Below are positions 30,759 to 42,136 of a stretch of 64,000 bases of DNA, piece by piece (within the stretch, counting starts at the first letter, position 1; each line of letters opens with the position of its first letter). The notes beneath the pieces are model-generated. The model searched no databases. It saw only the letters and a program-made list of their open reading frames with translations, and was not told the DNA's origin. A program made the translations under genes and the position numbers. Origin of the DNA: a virus (lineage: Duplodnaviria; Caudoviricetes); IMG/VR virus record IMGVR_UViG_3300033068_001467, positions 1-64,000 of that record, one strand, 5' to 3'.

Positions 30759-33700
30759 TAAGGGTGGGACAACCCCCAACAACCATTTTAATCATAGGTT
30801 AGTAGGCTCAAAAACCAACAAAACAAGTATAACAACACCGATATATAAAGATAAAAAATACAGTTTCTTTTTTTAGTATGGTGGTAAAAGTAAAAATTAT
30901 GATAACAGAAGGACAAAAAGTAAAAATTAATACAGGAACTTCGCCAACAAAAACAGGGTTAAATATCTTATCAACAACAGTAAAGAAAGTTTTATCTAAT
31001 GGTAATTTTATAACTTATGATTGCGAACCTTATTTTGGATATAATTTGTTTAACGTTAAAGATATTGTACTATGATTATTTATATTACTATGTTTATATT
31101 TTTTGTAATTGTTATATCGATTAGTGTATTAGCTTATTTTGATAAAAATGGTCACAATCCTTTTAAGTAATCTTTCTTTTTTAATTTTTTCCCGCCGAAT
31201 TTATTTACAGTAAAAAGATTGAATAGACATTAATAACAGCCGTTTTAAGGCACTAAAAACATAAACACTATGACAACTATTAAAACAAAACTTTTAGCAC
31301 ATTTAAGACAAGATAACGATTTTAATAAATTTGATGACACTATTTTAAAACAAGTAGTTGAGAATTTAGAAATTAAAAACTATCTATTAGATAAAGAATA
31401 CCTTGATATTTCTTATCTTATTATAGACAATAAGATTATTAATTTAGATGAGATTTATTTTCTTTGTAGAGATTTTAACCTTTAATTCTTTTTTACGGCG
31501 GAATTTAATTTAAACATATTATAATTATGAATACAACAGAAAATAACAAATTAATTTTAGAATTTATGGGCGAACCTCATAAAGTTTGGCAAGATTTAGC
31601 ATATCATTCAGATTGGAATTGGTTAATGGAAGTAGTAGAAAAGATTGAAAACTTAGGCAGTAAAAGTGCAATTGTAAATCATTTAGGGAAGCATATTTTT
31701 ACTGTCTCATTAAATGATAATATAATTTCAGAAGATGGAAATACTAAAATTGAAGCTGTTTACAATGCTTGTGTAGAGTTTATAAAGTGGTATAATGAAA
31801 ATAAATAATCTTTTTTTGCGGAAATTCAAAATTATTTATTATCTTTGACAAAAATTAAAACATTATGAAAAAATTTATAAAAAATTATGTTGAAAAGTTT
31901 GGTTATAAACCTACAATATTTGAATTGTTTAATTATTATACTAAGGGTATGTTAGTTTTAACAGATAGCGAAGAGAATAGTTTGTTATTAGAATTTGAAA
32001 ATAATAATTTACTTTAATCTTTTTCCGCCCGATAAAACTAAAACAAACAGAAATACATTAATAGACACTATTTTTAACCATTTTAAAACATTATCTTATG
32101 AAAACAATATCAAACTATCAACAAGCAAAACAAACGATTAAAAACGTTGCAGATGAAGTAAAGAAAAATCACCCAACAGATAAACCACTTATTAGAATGA
32201 CAATTAATGATGAAGTTAATAATTTAAGTTATAATTTAACAGAATATCAAAGAAACTTATTAAGTAATTATGCTTGTAAGTTGCATCCTAAAGATTAAAT
32301 TCTGTTTTTATTTTTTTGCGGAAAATTAAAAATATAACTTCGGCAAAAACCAACTAATTTTGCCAATAATATACGAAACTATGACACAAGAAGAAAAAAT
32401 TGCACAACAAAGATATGATAACGGGGAACAACCAAGTATATCAACTTTTATAGACGAGGACACAATTATTATGGGTTATGGAAAATTAGACTATGACTTT
32501 GAATTTCCTTTACCCGTTGAAACAGTAAGACAAATACATAAAGCAACATCGTGGAGCGAAAAGTTTAAAAAAGAAGGTTATAACAGATATATAACTACTA
32601 ACAAAGAAACTCAAGAGCAATGTATTTTAGGTTGGTGCAAAGAAGAAATAGTTGAGCAATACAGAAAGGAAAATCCGAATCATTTAATTGAAATTTTATT
32701 ATGAAACTATCAGACTTAAGAATAAATCAAACTTTTAAATTAGCGACAAGTGATAACACTTGTATATTTAGAGGTTATATTTATAATGGAAGTACAAAAA
32801 AATTCTTTTATGAATGTGTAAATAGTGGAAACACAATTGAAACATATAACGATTATGAAATTTTAACATAAAAACATTTGTATATTAGAAATATTATTAT
32901 ATCTTTGATTAATCTTAAAACCGTTTTTTATTCTTTTTTCGGCGAAATTAAAAGAAAGTCTTATGAACGTAACAGAATTAAACCAAGACCAATTAGAAGA
33001 GTTAAAATGGACTTACTTCTATGATGTAGAGAATGATTATGAATATGCTTGTCAGATACCTAATGAAGTTATCTTTCAGCATTATGCACATATTAGTTTT
33101 GTAGAGGAGGATTTTTCATCAAAAATAGAATAGTTATGAAAGCAGGAACACAATTTGAAATTACACTAATTGCTGACGAAAGATTTTTAGGTAATTGTGC
33201 AAATGTAGAAACACTTTTATCAGTTTTTAGAAGCAGTTTAAAAACGGCAGTTAGTGGCGAAGGTATTGAAATTTATTCTTTTGGTGAAGAAAGAGTTTTA
33301 GATGACTGGCAAGGAACAGAAAAAGAAAAACAGATAAGACAGAAAGTAACACTTATTTTGTCGCAAAAGAAAACTAAAGAAGAAATTTACAAAGTAATTA
33401 ATCAAGTACAAAGTCAACCAATAAAATTTTTAAGATGAAACTATCAATATCAACAATTAAAATAATTTGCAGTTTGTGGCATTATCCTGAAGAAATTTTA
33501 GAAGATAAAGAGTATTTAAACTTAACAATTAAGCAAATAGATATAACAGATATAAATTTTTCGGCAGAAGAAAAAGAAACAGCAAAAGAAGAAATAAAAG
33601 AACTTTTAGAAACATTAAACTTATGAAAAAATTAAATTTAATAAACGATATTTTATATATTATTAAAACTTACGGAGATTTTAACACAAGTGTTATCTTT

Positions 33701-34566
33701 GCAGAAAGTAGTCCAAGTATTAATACAAAAGGAAATTTAACACATTTACTTGAAGAATTTTATGATAATTGTGTGAAAGTAAATGTTTATGACAGCAGAG
33801 ATACTGAAATTGACACTTACACTTTGAAATACGAAGAATTATCTTTACCTTTGTTAAAAGAGATTAAATATTTAGCTATAATTTGGCAAGAACAACAGAA
33901 ACAAGAGTTAAATTAATAGAGAAGAGTTTGATTGATAATGAAATTGATTTTTAACTTTTTTCGGCGCAAAATAACATTAAGATAAGCTATGAAAATACTA
34001 ACAACAGAGAAACAAGAAATTATCCGCCTAACAATAAAATCAGAAAAACAAACAGAATACCTCAACTTAATAGAAACAACACACGAACAAGCAGTTAAAT
34101 ACATTCAGAACTTGTTTAAAGAATATACTATTAAGAAAGGAGATAAAACTACGGTTGATTTGAGATATAGTTTTTCAGGCAAAAATGGAAAATCTATCCG
34201 TTGTTCTTTTTATTCTATTTCGGCGGAAAAAATTAAAGAAAAAATAATAACCGACTTAGGTCATAAAAATTTAACAAAATAAATTAGTTTATTAAAATAA
34301 AAATTGTATATTTGTACTATACGAAGTGAACTTAAAAACAATAACATTATGACAATTAAAAAATTCGATTATTCAAAAAGTAAAGAAGATATATTTTATA
34401 AAGTATTGTATCCAATTTATGCAAAGGAGTTTTTATACGGTAACAATTATGAAAACTTTGCTTTTACTGTTTCGGCAAACTTTATATTAAATTCGGAGCA
34501 GTGGGAGTATATTTTAGAACATTGGGAACAAAAAGAAAGTATTTTAACAATAGAAAATAAATAATT

Positions 34567-34869
34567 ATGAAAACACAAACATTATTAAAAAGATTAAAAG
34601 GTATTCCACAAGTAAGACCTTTAACAAGTCCAAGAAGCGGTGAAAAAGTTAAAAACCAAGTTGAAATAATTATGAATAACGGAGTAGTTTTTCAGTCTTA
34701 TTCTTCTACTATTGCTATTGAACATAAAGGAGTTACTTATCTTACAAAAGATTTTGATTATTCAGTTACAACTTCTAAATATTTGAAACAATTTTGTGGA
34801 AAATCGGCAAAAGAAATTAAAACAGAATTGAAAAATAAGAGTGTTAAATTTAAAATGTTAGAACAATGA
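34567..34869 (+). CDS. Conserved phage early protein, paralog 2
   Basis: MKTQTLLKRLKGIP...SPRSGE...FQSY...DYSVTTSKYLKQFCGKSAKE. Confidence 0.75.
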   Translation: MKTQTLLKRLKGIPQVRPLTSPRSGEKVKNQVEIIMNNGVVFQSYSSTIAIEHKGVTYLTKDFDYSVTTSKYLKQFCGKSAKEIKTELKNKSVKFKMLEQ

Positions 34870-35079
34870 AAACAAATAAATTAATTGGAGATTTAATACT
34901 ATTCATAATTAATTTAGTAGGTTTTGGAGTTAGCTATTCAGTCCTATTTTTAAGTAAAACTATAAACTTAGAAACATACCTTATTTTATCTTTTTTAACG
35001 GCGTGGTTTTACACAAAATCACAAGTTGATAAATTAGATTTAGAAAACAAAATTTTTGAATTAAAAGAACTAATTAAAG

Positions 35080-35544
35080 ATGCCAACACCAAGACCTAAA
35101 CACAGAACATATTGTAAAACTTGTCAAGACTTTACAATCCATACGGCAGATTATGTTTGTCAAACTTGTGAAACTAAATTTACCTCCTACTTTCCAAGTG
35201 AAGTTGATGCAGTTTTAGTTGAACAACAAAGAAAGCGTTATTCCAAACAGAAACAAAATGATGTTTTAGGACTTTATGGAGCGTTTATGCAAGGTAATGG
35301 TATTAATGTTTTAATGAGAGATTTTGAACAAGTTAAGATTATTGAGTGTGATGCGGGGCAAGAAGAAATAGACAACAGAAAAAAAGAACAAAGAGAAGAA
35401 GCTAAAAGAAGAGGGCAAGAAATCTTAGATGATTATAACACCAACTACAAACACTTAAACAGAAATGATAAATGTAATTGTGGAAGTGGTAAAAAGTTTA
35501 AACAATGCCATCTAATTGAATTTAGAAAATACTTAAATATCTAA
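35080..35544 (+). CDS. Zn-ribbon protein with a C-terminal SEC-C motif
   Basis: N-terminal CKTC...H...CQTC; C-terminal LNRNDKCNCGSGKKFKQCH. Confidence 0.8.
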   Translation: MPTPRPKHRTYCKTCQDFTIHTADYVCQTCETKFTSYFPSEVDAVLVEQQRKRYSKQKQNDVLGLYGAFMQGNGINVLMRDFEQVKIIECDAGQEEIDNRKKEQREEAKRRGQEILDDYNTNYKHLNRNDKCNCGSGKKFKQCHLIEFRKYLNI

Positions 35545-38391
35545 TTATGAACAAAAAATACAACTTATTAGTAAAAATAAAAAATCAAACAGTTTTAAGA
35601 GCAGAAGATAACAGACTTAATAGAATATTTATTAAAGGTTTGTTTGAAGGAGAGAATTATAAAATTTCTGTTCTTTAATTCTTTTTGCGGAAAATTAAAC
35701 AATAAACAATTATGAAAACAATACAATTTACAGGAGAAGAACATAAAATAGAAAATTTACACTTAGCTTTAGGTATTTCAGATAATGATATGCCACAACA
35801 AAGTGAGATTAGAGTTTATGTAGTAGATACAGAAGATGAAAAGCACACTTTATCAATGAGCGATGATGAATTTATGACTTTAGCAGAAGAGCAAGGAACA
35901 GTTTATACATTAGAAAGTTTCCAACACGCATTTAACTATGGAGATGTTAATGCTTTTACAGATGTTATAAGATTTATTTCTGTTCCTTTATTTTAATCTT
36001 TTTTACGGCGAAACTATGACACCAACAACAAAAACAATTTTAAGAGAAGGTATTAACACATTTTTAGCTTCAACAAACGAAGAAAAAGAAAGATTGATAG
36101 CCAAAGTACAAAACAATTTAGAAATTCACTACAACGCTTTAAATTCAATTGGAATGGGTTGTGTTGAAGACCAAGTTCAAGCAGGTAGAATCTTTTTACG
36201 AATTTTTGGCGGAAAAAACAATTAAAAATAAGATATTATGAACAAAAATATAGTACAAGACTACTTAAACAAAAACTCTCACATAATAGATGAGAAAGTA
36301 GTTGTAAAAAGTATAGTAGATAATGGAAATTATATCACAGCTTATTGTGAATGGAAAAGTGAAGAAGGTTTGAAAAGTGATTATCTAACAATATCTTTAT
36401 TTGATTTAATGGTTTTTATTTATTCTAAAATTTAATATTATGAACAATTGGCAAGAATTTAAAGCAAGTGAACACTTTGGTTTAGTACAAAACAAAGATA
36501 TTGATTTAAAACTATTTAATGGTAGAGTTATTTCTGTTTATCAAGTTGTTGGAGTAACTATTTTAGATAATAAAAATAATGAAATTTCTTATAAAGATAT
36601 TGGTTGGTTTTGCGCAAAAAAAGACTATAATAGGTATAAAAAACTGCAAAAACATCACGAGTTATTAGAAAAATATAACTTTGATACTTTAGATAATTTT
36701 GAATTTGCTATCTACGATACTTACACACAGCAAGAAGATAGAGATAAAATAACTAAGTTGTTTAAGAAGTTAAAAAATCATATTGAAAAAGCACAAGAAC
36801 AGATATTAACAGAATCTAAAACATTTTTATAATGACACTGCAACAATCATTAGAATTTATATATCAAAACTATTTTAACATCTTAAACTTTTTAAAACAA
36901 TGAAACTAAAAGATATTTTAAACAGCATAAATTTTGAAGATAAAAGAATACAAACAAATCCTGATTGGGAAGAGTTAGCTCAAGAATTTGGAATTGATTT
37001 ATATTGGTCAGAAGACAGCAGACTAAAAGCATACCACGTAAAAACTTGGCAATGTACAGATACTTGGGTTGGTTGGGAAGCGTATTTCTTAGATAAGGAG
37101 TTAATTTGTCTTTCTTCTCAAAATGCAAGAAAATCAGATAAAGATTTTGAATTTATTTCAAGAGAAAGTTATATTAAAGTTAAAGATTATTTATTAAGTT
37201 TAACTGTGGATGAAAAAACTATTAATATTCTTGACTTAGAATTTAATATACCCGAAAAATACACTATAAATTATAATGACCAAATCTTACATAAGACAGC
37301 TTGGTTAGATGGAAGTAAAGTGGAAATTTTAAAAAGAAAATATAGTTTTAATGAAAAAGAAAAGTATTTTCATACAGTTGAAATAAAAACAGAAGATGAT
37401 AATGTAAAAGAAGTTGATTGCAGAGAATTATTGTTTGACTATAACACATTAGATTAATTATGAACAATTTTATAAATAAACTTTTTACATTATCGGGTTG
37501 TGTAACAGGTATATTATTTATTTTAGTAGCTATCAGTTGGTTATTTGATAATGAACCTAATAATTTATGGAGAGTCTTTACTTCGAGTTGTAATATTACA
37601 ATAGTAACCTTTCTTTTTTACCTTTTATTCGGCGGAAAAAGAAACTAAAAACAGAAAAAATTATGAGCAAAATACTAGAATTAAACGGATATAAATATTC
37701 AAGAGAAGAGTTTGAAGATTATAAGTTCAGAACTATTTTCAGAATAGGTACAGACACAGATTGGATAAATGATAATAATATAACTATTTACACAAATAAT
37801 CCAAGTAAAGAAGATGTTGACAAAGTAATATTATCAAGAACAACAGACAGAGTAGTTTCTTTTAAAATGGAACATTGGACTACAAAAGAACAAGACGATT
37901 TAACATCACAGTTTTTAGAAGAAACCTTAAAAGATATTTAATTATGAAAGTAGCACTTGTTGGAAATTAAGCAGAAAGTAATTCAGTAAAACTATTAATA
38001 TTTGGATACACACAATAATGGAAACAGAACACATCTTCGCCAATTTAAACAGAAAAAAAGCTTGTTTGCAAGTATTCTCTAAAGATTATTTTTGGGAAGT
38101 ATCTTCTTCTCCTAGAGAGTGGAGTTACAAGGAATTAAATCATAGAAGGCATTATGATTTTGCCAAAGAAATGAGTGAGAAATTCGAGTTCATTAAAAGT
38201 TACAAAAAACCTACTGAAGAACAAACTAAAGAATTTTATGAGTGGTTAGAAACAATTAATTTAGAATATTATTTTTTAAACGATGAGCAGTAAAGCAGAA
38301 GTTTTAGAGAAAATAAACCCCAACATAAATTATATGGTAGAAGAGTGATTACATACAGACTAACCAATTTTTATAATTCATTTTTATTCTT

Positions 38392-38506
38392 TATATTTGT
38401 GGCTTAAATTGATAGAAGTCGAACACTATCTTTGAAAAACATAGCCTCATTTAAAAGTAATTATCTTTGTTCGACCCTGAAGATAGTGAAATTGGTGAGG
38501 CATTAT
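38392..38506 (+). promoter_or_regulatory. Promoter plus leader tag GTCGAACA and hairpin loop TGTTCGAC upstream of the HNH gene
   Basis: TATATTTG, then GTCGAACACTATCTT; hairpin GCCTCA/TGAGGC with inner TATCTT/AAGATA. Confidence 0.55.
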
Positions 38507-38520
38507 TATTTTAAGTCAAA

Positions 38521-39927
38521 ATGGAAAACAAAAGGAAATGTAACGCGTGTTTAGAAGAGAAAGAATTATGTGAATTTGGCAAGGATTCTAGTAAAAAAGG
38601 TGGGTATGATAACAAGTGTAAAAAATGTAAAGTCAATAAATATCCGTCCATAAAAATAAAAGAGCCCTTGGGTGTTATTTTTAAATGTAAAGCTTGTCTT
38701 GAAAACAAAGATGCTACTCTTTTTTACAAAAATAAAGCTTTTAAAAATGGATATAACACTAGATGTATTGATTGTATAAAAAATAATGTATATAAAACAA
38801 TAGAAATAAAAAAAGAGACTAAAAAATGTAATAGCTGTTTCTTAGATAAAAGCCTTAGTTATTTTAGTAAAAATTCAGGATTAGAAAGTTATAGGTCACA
38901 ATGTAATGCTTGTAAAAATAAAGGCATAAAAGTACCAAAAAAAGAAATTACTATAAGTGAATATAAAATATGTAATGAGTGTAATTTAGAAAAACATGTA
39001 GAAGAGTTTCATAAAACTAAGAAAAGGGATGGTTCAAACACAACAGCAGGTTTTTGTAAAAAATGTTTTAACTTTAAACAAAATAAACAAATAGAGTGTT
39101 TAAAATGTAAAGAATTAAAGACTAAATATTGTTTTGAAAAAGGTTCGACTACGTGTAAAAAATGTAACAAAGTTACAAAAGAAAAGGTTAAAAAAGAGAA
39201 GGATGTTATTCTTAAATTTTTACAATGTGTTGGTTGTAACATTACTAAGCCTATAAAAGATTTTACAAAAGATAAATCTTCTAAATTAGAAGCAAAAAGT
39301 TTATGTAAAGATTGTAGCAATGTCAAACGGTACGAAAAGTCAAAGAAAAAGGAAGTATTTAGTGCTAATGAAAAAAGATGCTCAAAATGTAGTATTATAA
39401 AACCTTTGACAGAGTATTGTAGAGACAGAGATAAATTTAGAGCAGAGTGTAAAGATTGTAAAAAAGAATATAATAAAAGAACAAAAGATTTAGCAAGAGA
39501 ATCATCAAGAAAAAGAGCAAGAAAAAAGTCAAAGACAGACAGTTTATATAGATTAAGTAATAACGTGAGAGGGTTAATACATCAAGCAATAAAGAAAAAT
39601 AAAAATATTAAAAGGAAAAACACTCAAACTATAGTGGGGTGTACTTGGGAAGAGTTTAAAAACCACATTGAATCTCAATTTGAAAGTTGGATGAATTGGG
39701 ATAACTATGGTAATGTTTGTGGGAATTATCCCGAGTATAATTGTTCTTGGGATTTAGACCACATTATTCCTATAAATTATGCAAAAACAGAGGAAGAGAT
39801 ATATTTATTGAATCATTGGAGTAATTTCCAACCACTTTGTTCAAAAGTTAATAGATGGGAGAAAAAGGGCACATTGTACCCTTGTTGTAATATTGAGTTA
39901 AATATAACTGTAATATTGGAAAAATAA
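38521..39927 (+). CDS. HNH-type homing endonuclease with seven tandem CxxC...CxxC modules
   Basis: Repeats of C..C...K....F.K........C..C; C-terminal WMNWDNYG...WDLDHIIP...HWSNFQPL. Confidence 0.8.
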   Translation: MENKRKCNACLEEKELCEFGKDSSKKGGYDNKCKKCKVNKYPSIKIKEPLGVIFKCKACLENKDATLFYKNKAFKNGYNTRCIDCIKNNVYKTIEIKKETKKCNSCFLDKSLSYFSKNSGLESYRSQCNACKNKGIKVPKKEITISEYKICNECNLEKHVEEFHKTKKRDGSNTTAGFCKKCFNFKQNKQIECLKCKELKTKYCFEKGSTTCKKCNKVTKEKVKKEKDVILKFLQCVGCNITKPIKDFTKDKSSKLEAKSLCKDCSNVKRYEKSKKKEVFSANEKRCSKCSIIKPLTEYCRDRDKFRAECKDCKKEYNKRTKDLARESSRKRARKKSKTDSLYRLSNNVRGLIHQAIKKNKNIKRKNTQTIVGCTWEEFKNHIESQFESWMNWDNYGNVCGNYPEYNCSWDLDHIIPINYAKTEEEIYLLNHWSNFQPLCSKVNRWEKKGTLYPCCNIELNITVILEK

Positions 39928-40880
39928 AAAATTAAAATAATTGTTGCGTAATTCAATAATAATCAATACATTTGCAAAATGAAACTAGAACAAAAAAACC
40001 AAATAGAACACTATTTATTAATGGCAGTTAAGAGATGTACTGAATTCGATGAACAAAATGACATAGCTTTAAAAGCTTATTGGAAGGGTCAAGTTTATGG
40101 AGTTATAAAAATGATACACGTACTTGAATTAAATATTGATGACATATATTGGTTAAATCAACTACCATGATAGAGCTTCAAAAAATAGACTGTAATTGTA
40201 ATGATTGTATATTTATGGTTAGAGATATGGAGAAGTTTAAATTATCACTTAAAACGCATGAAAAGTGGCAATTAGACTATTTCAACGTAACTAAAGCTAA
40301 TCTTAAAAAACGCGCCGAAGAAAGAAAACTAAAAGGAGAAACAGAAAAAGCTAATAACATACTAAAAGAGATTAGTAAAATGCGTTTTCAATTTGATAAA
40401 AGTACTTGCTCTATTAACTATGGAAATTGTACTAAGTTAAATAAATCTGTCTCTTTCATACCTAATATATTGCAAATTGAGACGCAACATTGTTTTAAAC
40501 ACCGAAGAGAACTATGAAAACAATTCAAGACTATCAAAAACGGCACAATCACATAAAAAACTATTGTGAAAAAATGATTACTAAGTTTACAAGAACTTTA
40601 GAAGAACATCCTAATAGTTTTGATGCGCAAATTAAAAGAAAAGCATATCAGGATATTTTATATAAATTAGACTATGAAAATCTCGGCAATAAAAACTGAA
40701 AAGGAAAAAATAGAAATACAAACAAACAAAGGAAATATAATTCTAAGAAAGTTTGGTAAAGACTATATATCACAAACAGATATTCCTTATGGTTTTTCTA
40801 AAGAGAGTAAGTTATATTTACAGATAAAGAAATGTTTAATAGCAGGAGAATCTTTAGAGCAGTTTATAGGTTGCTGTTTT

Positions 40881-41016
40881 TAACGTTTTGCGGCTATACG
40901 AGGTTGTTGCCGAATTAAAAACAGACCTCATAAACATAAACTAAATTTTAAAATTATGACTGAACTTTCAAAAAATGCCGAATTGCAACAATCTTGTATA
41001 ACCGCTGTTATAAGCC
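40881..41016 (-). repeat. attC-like site (TAACGT...TGTTA on +, i.e. inverted relative to the gene)
   Basis: TAAC-GTTTT-GCGGCTATACGAGGTTGTTGC ... GCAACAATCTTGTATAACCGC-T-GTTATAAGCC; arms match at 18 of 21. Confidence 0.8.
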
Positions 41017-41240
41017 GTTTTTCTAACACAATTGAATTATGGTTAAAAAGCGATATTAACGGAAATTGGATAAGGAACGAAAAAAACACAAATACGTTTA
41101 CCGACATTAAAGGCGGTAGAGCTTTGTATGTTTATGAAGACTGCATTAAGTATTGGGATGATATTAGACAACATTCTGGAGTTTGTGAATATATGATTCC
41201 AACTTCAAAAATAGAGTTGTTTGATATACTCGGTGGTTAA
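40956..41240 (+). CDS. Cassette gene, hypothetical protein
   Basis: Starts inside the attC loop; bracketed by GTTATAAGCC (41007-41016) and GGCTTATAAC (41244-41253). Confidence 0.7.
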   Translation: MTELSKNAELQQSCITAVISRFSNTIELWLKSDINGNWIRNEKNTNTFTDIKGGRALYVYEDCIKYWDDIRQHSGVCEYMIPTSKIELFDILGG

Positions 41241-41243
41241 AAT

Positions 41244-41305
41244 GGCTTATAACTCCTATATATAAACAACCAATATAAACACTAATAAAATCAATACTAT
41301 AAGCC
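41244..41305. promoter_or_regulatory. Candidate attI-like site abutting the integrase start
   Basis: GGCTTATAAC ... TATAAGCC-ATG short inverted repeat, with no long attC arms. Confidence 0.4.
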
Positions 41306-42136
41306 ATGAACATTCGAAAATACATAGACGACTATTCGAGAGATATAGAATTAGTTTATAACTCTAAAGCAACAAAAAATAATTATAAAAGCCAAATATG
41401 GTGTTTTTTAAATCACTTTAAAAATGAAGTTGAACCAAAATCAATAACAAATGCTAAAATAAAAGACTGGTTATTAGAGGCTAAAACTATAAACACAAGA
41501 AAACATAGACTTTGTGCTTTGAATTCTTTTTATAAAATTACAATTGGTATGCCTTCTAAAATTCAGAAAATACCTTATCCTAAATCTGAAAAGAAATTAC
41601 CAATAGTACTAAGTCAAGAGGAGGTTCAAAAAATGTTTGATGTGTGCGAAAATACTAAACATAAGGTTATTTTAGCTTTACTTTATTCTACTGGAATGCG
41701 AGTTTCGGAATTGATTAATTTGAAGTGGGAACATTTTGATAGGTCAAGAGGAATTATAAACATAATTGGTGGTAAAGGAAATAAGGATAGACAAGTAATG
41801 TTGTCTAATGATTTATATCCATTACTAGAAAAATATTGGAAAGAGTATAGGTCTTTTCCTTATGTTTTGAAAGGTCGGTTTTCGGAGCATTATTCGGATA
41901 GAAGTGTTGGTCAAGTGATGAAACAATTAGCAAAAAAAGCAGGAATAAGTAAAAGAGTTTACACTCATTTGATGCGTCATAATTGTTTTACACATTTAGT
42001 AGAAAATGGTATTGATATTAATTTAATACAAAAACTAGCAGGTCATTCAAACGTTAAAACAACTTTGGTTTACACACATATATCACACAACTTAATAAGT
42101 AAAATAAGGTCACCTTTAAATTTAATAAAATTATGA
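41306..42136 (+). CDS. Tyrosine recombinase (XerD / integron-integrase-like)
   Basis: KKLPIVLSQEEV, LYSTGMRVSEL, GKGNKDR, HLMRH, LAGHSNVKTTLVY; full R-K-H-R-H-Y catalytic set. It lacks the IntI-specific insertion. Confidence 0.92.
   Translation: MNIRKYIDDYSRDIELVYNSKATKNNYKSQIWCFLNHFKNEVEPKSITNAKIKDWLLEAKTINTRKHRLCALNSFYKITIGMPSKIQKIPYPKSEKKLPIVLSQEEVQKMFDVCENTKHKVILALLYSTGMRVSELINLKWEHFDRSRGIINIIGGKGNKDRQVMLSNDLYPLLEKYWKEYRSFPYVLKGRFSEHYSDRSVGQVMKQLAKKAGISKRVYTHLMRHNCFTHLVENGIDINLIQKLAGHSNVKTTLVYTHISHNLISKIRSPLNLIKL

Larger units (their letters stand above)
27503..38293 (+). other. Putative early / host-takeover region: many tiny ORFs with frequent promoters
   Basis: Mostly 40-130 aa ORFs; TAnnTTTG promoters recur (near 29585, 30186, 31840, 32900, 34307); CG-core motifs in most intergenic gaps. 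Confidence 0.55.

Noticed and set aside
41306-42136. Lysogeny integrase with attP, or a canonical class 1-5 IntI
   Set aside because: No repressor/excisionase module or attP-like arm repeats nearby, and the IntI-specific insertion is missing. Cassette-like neighbours fit better, though a dif-type resolvase role is not excluded.
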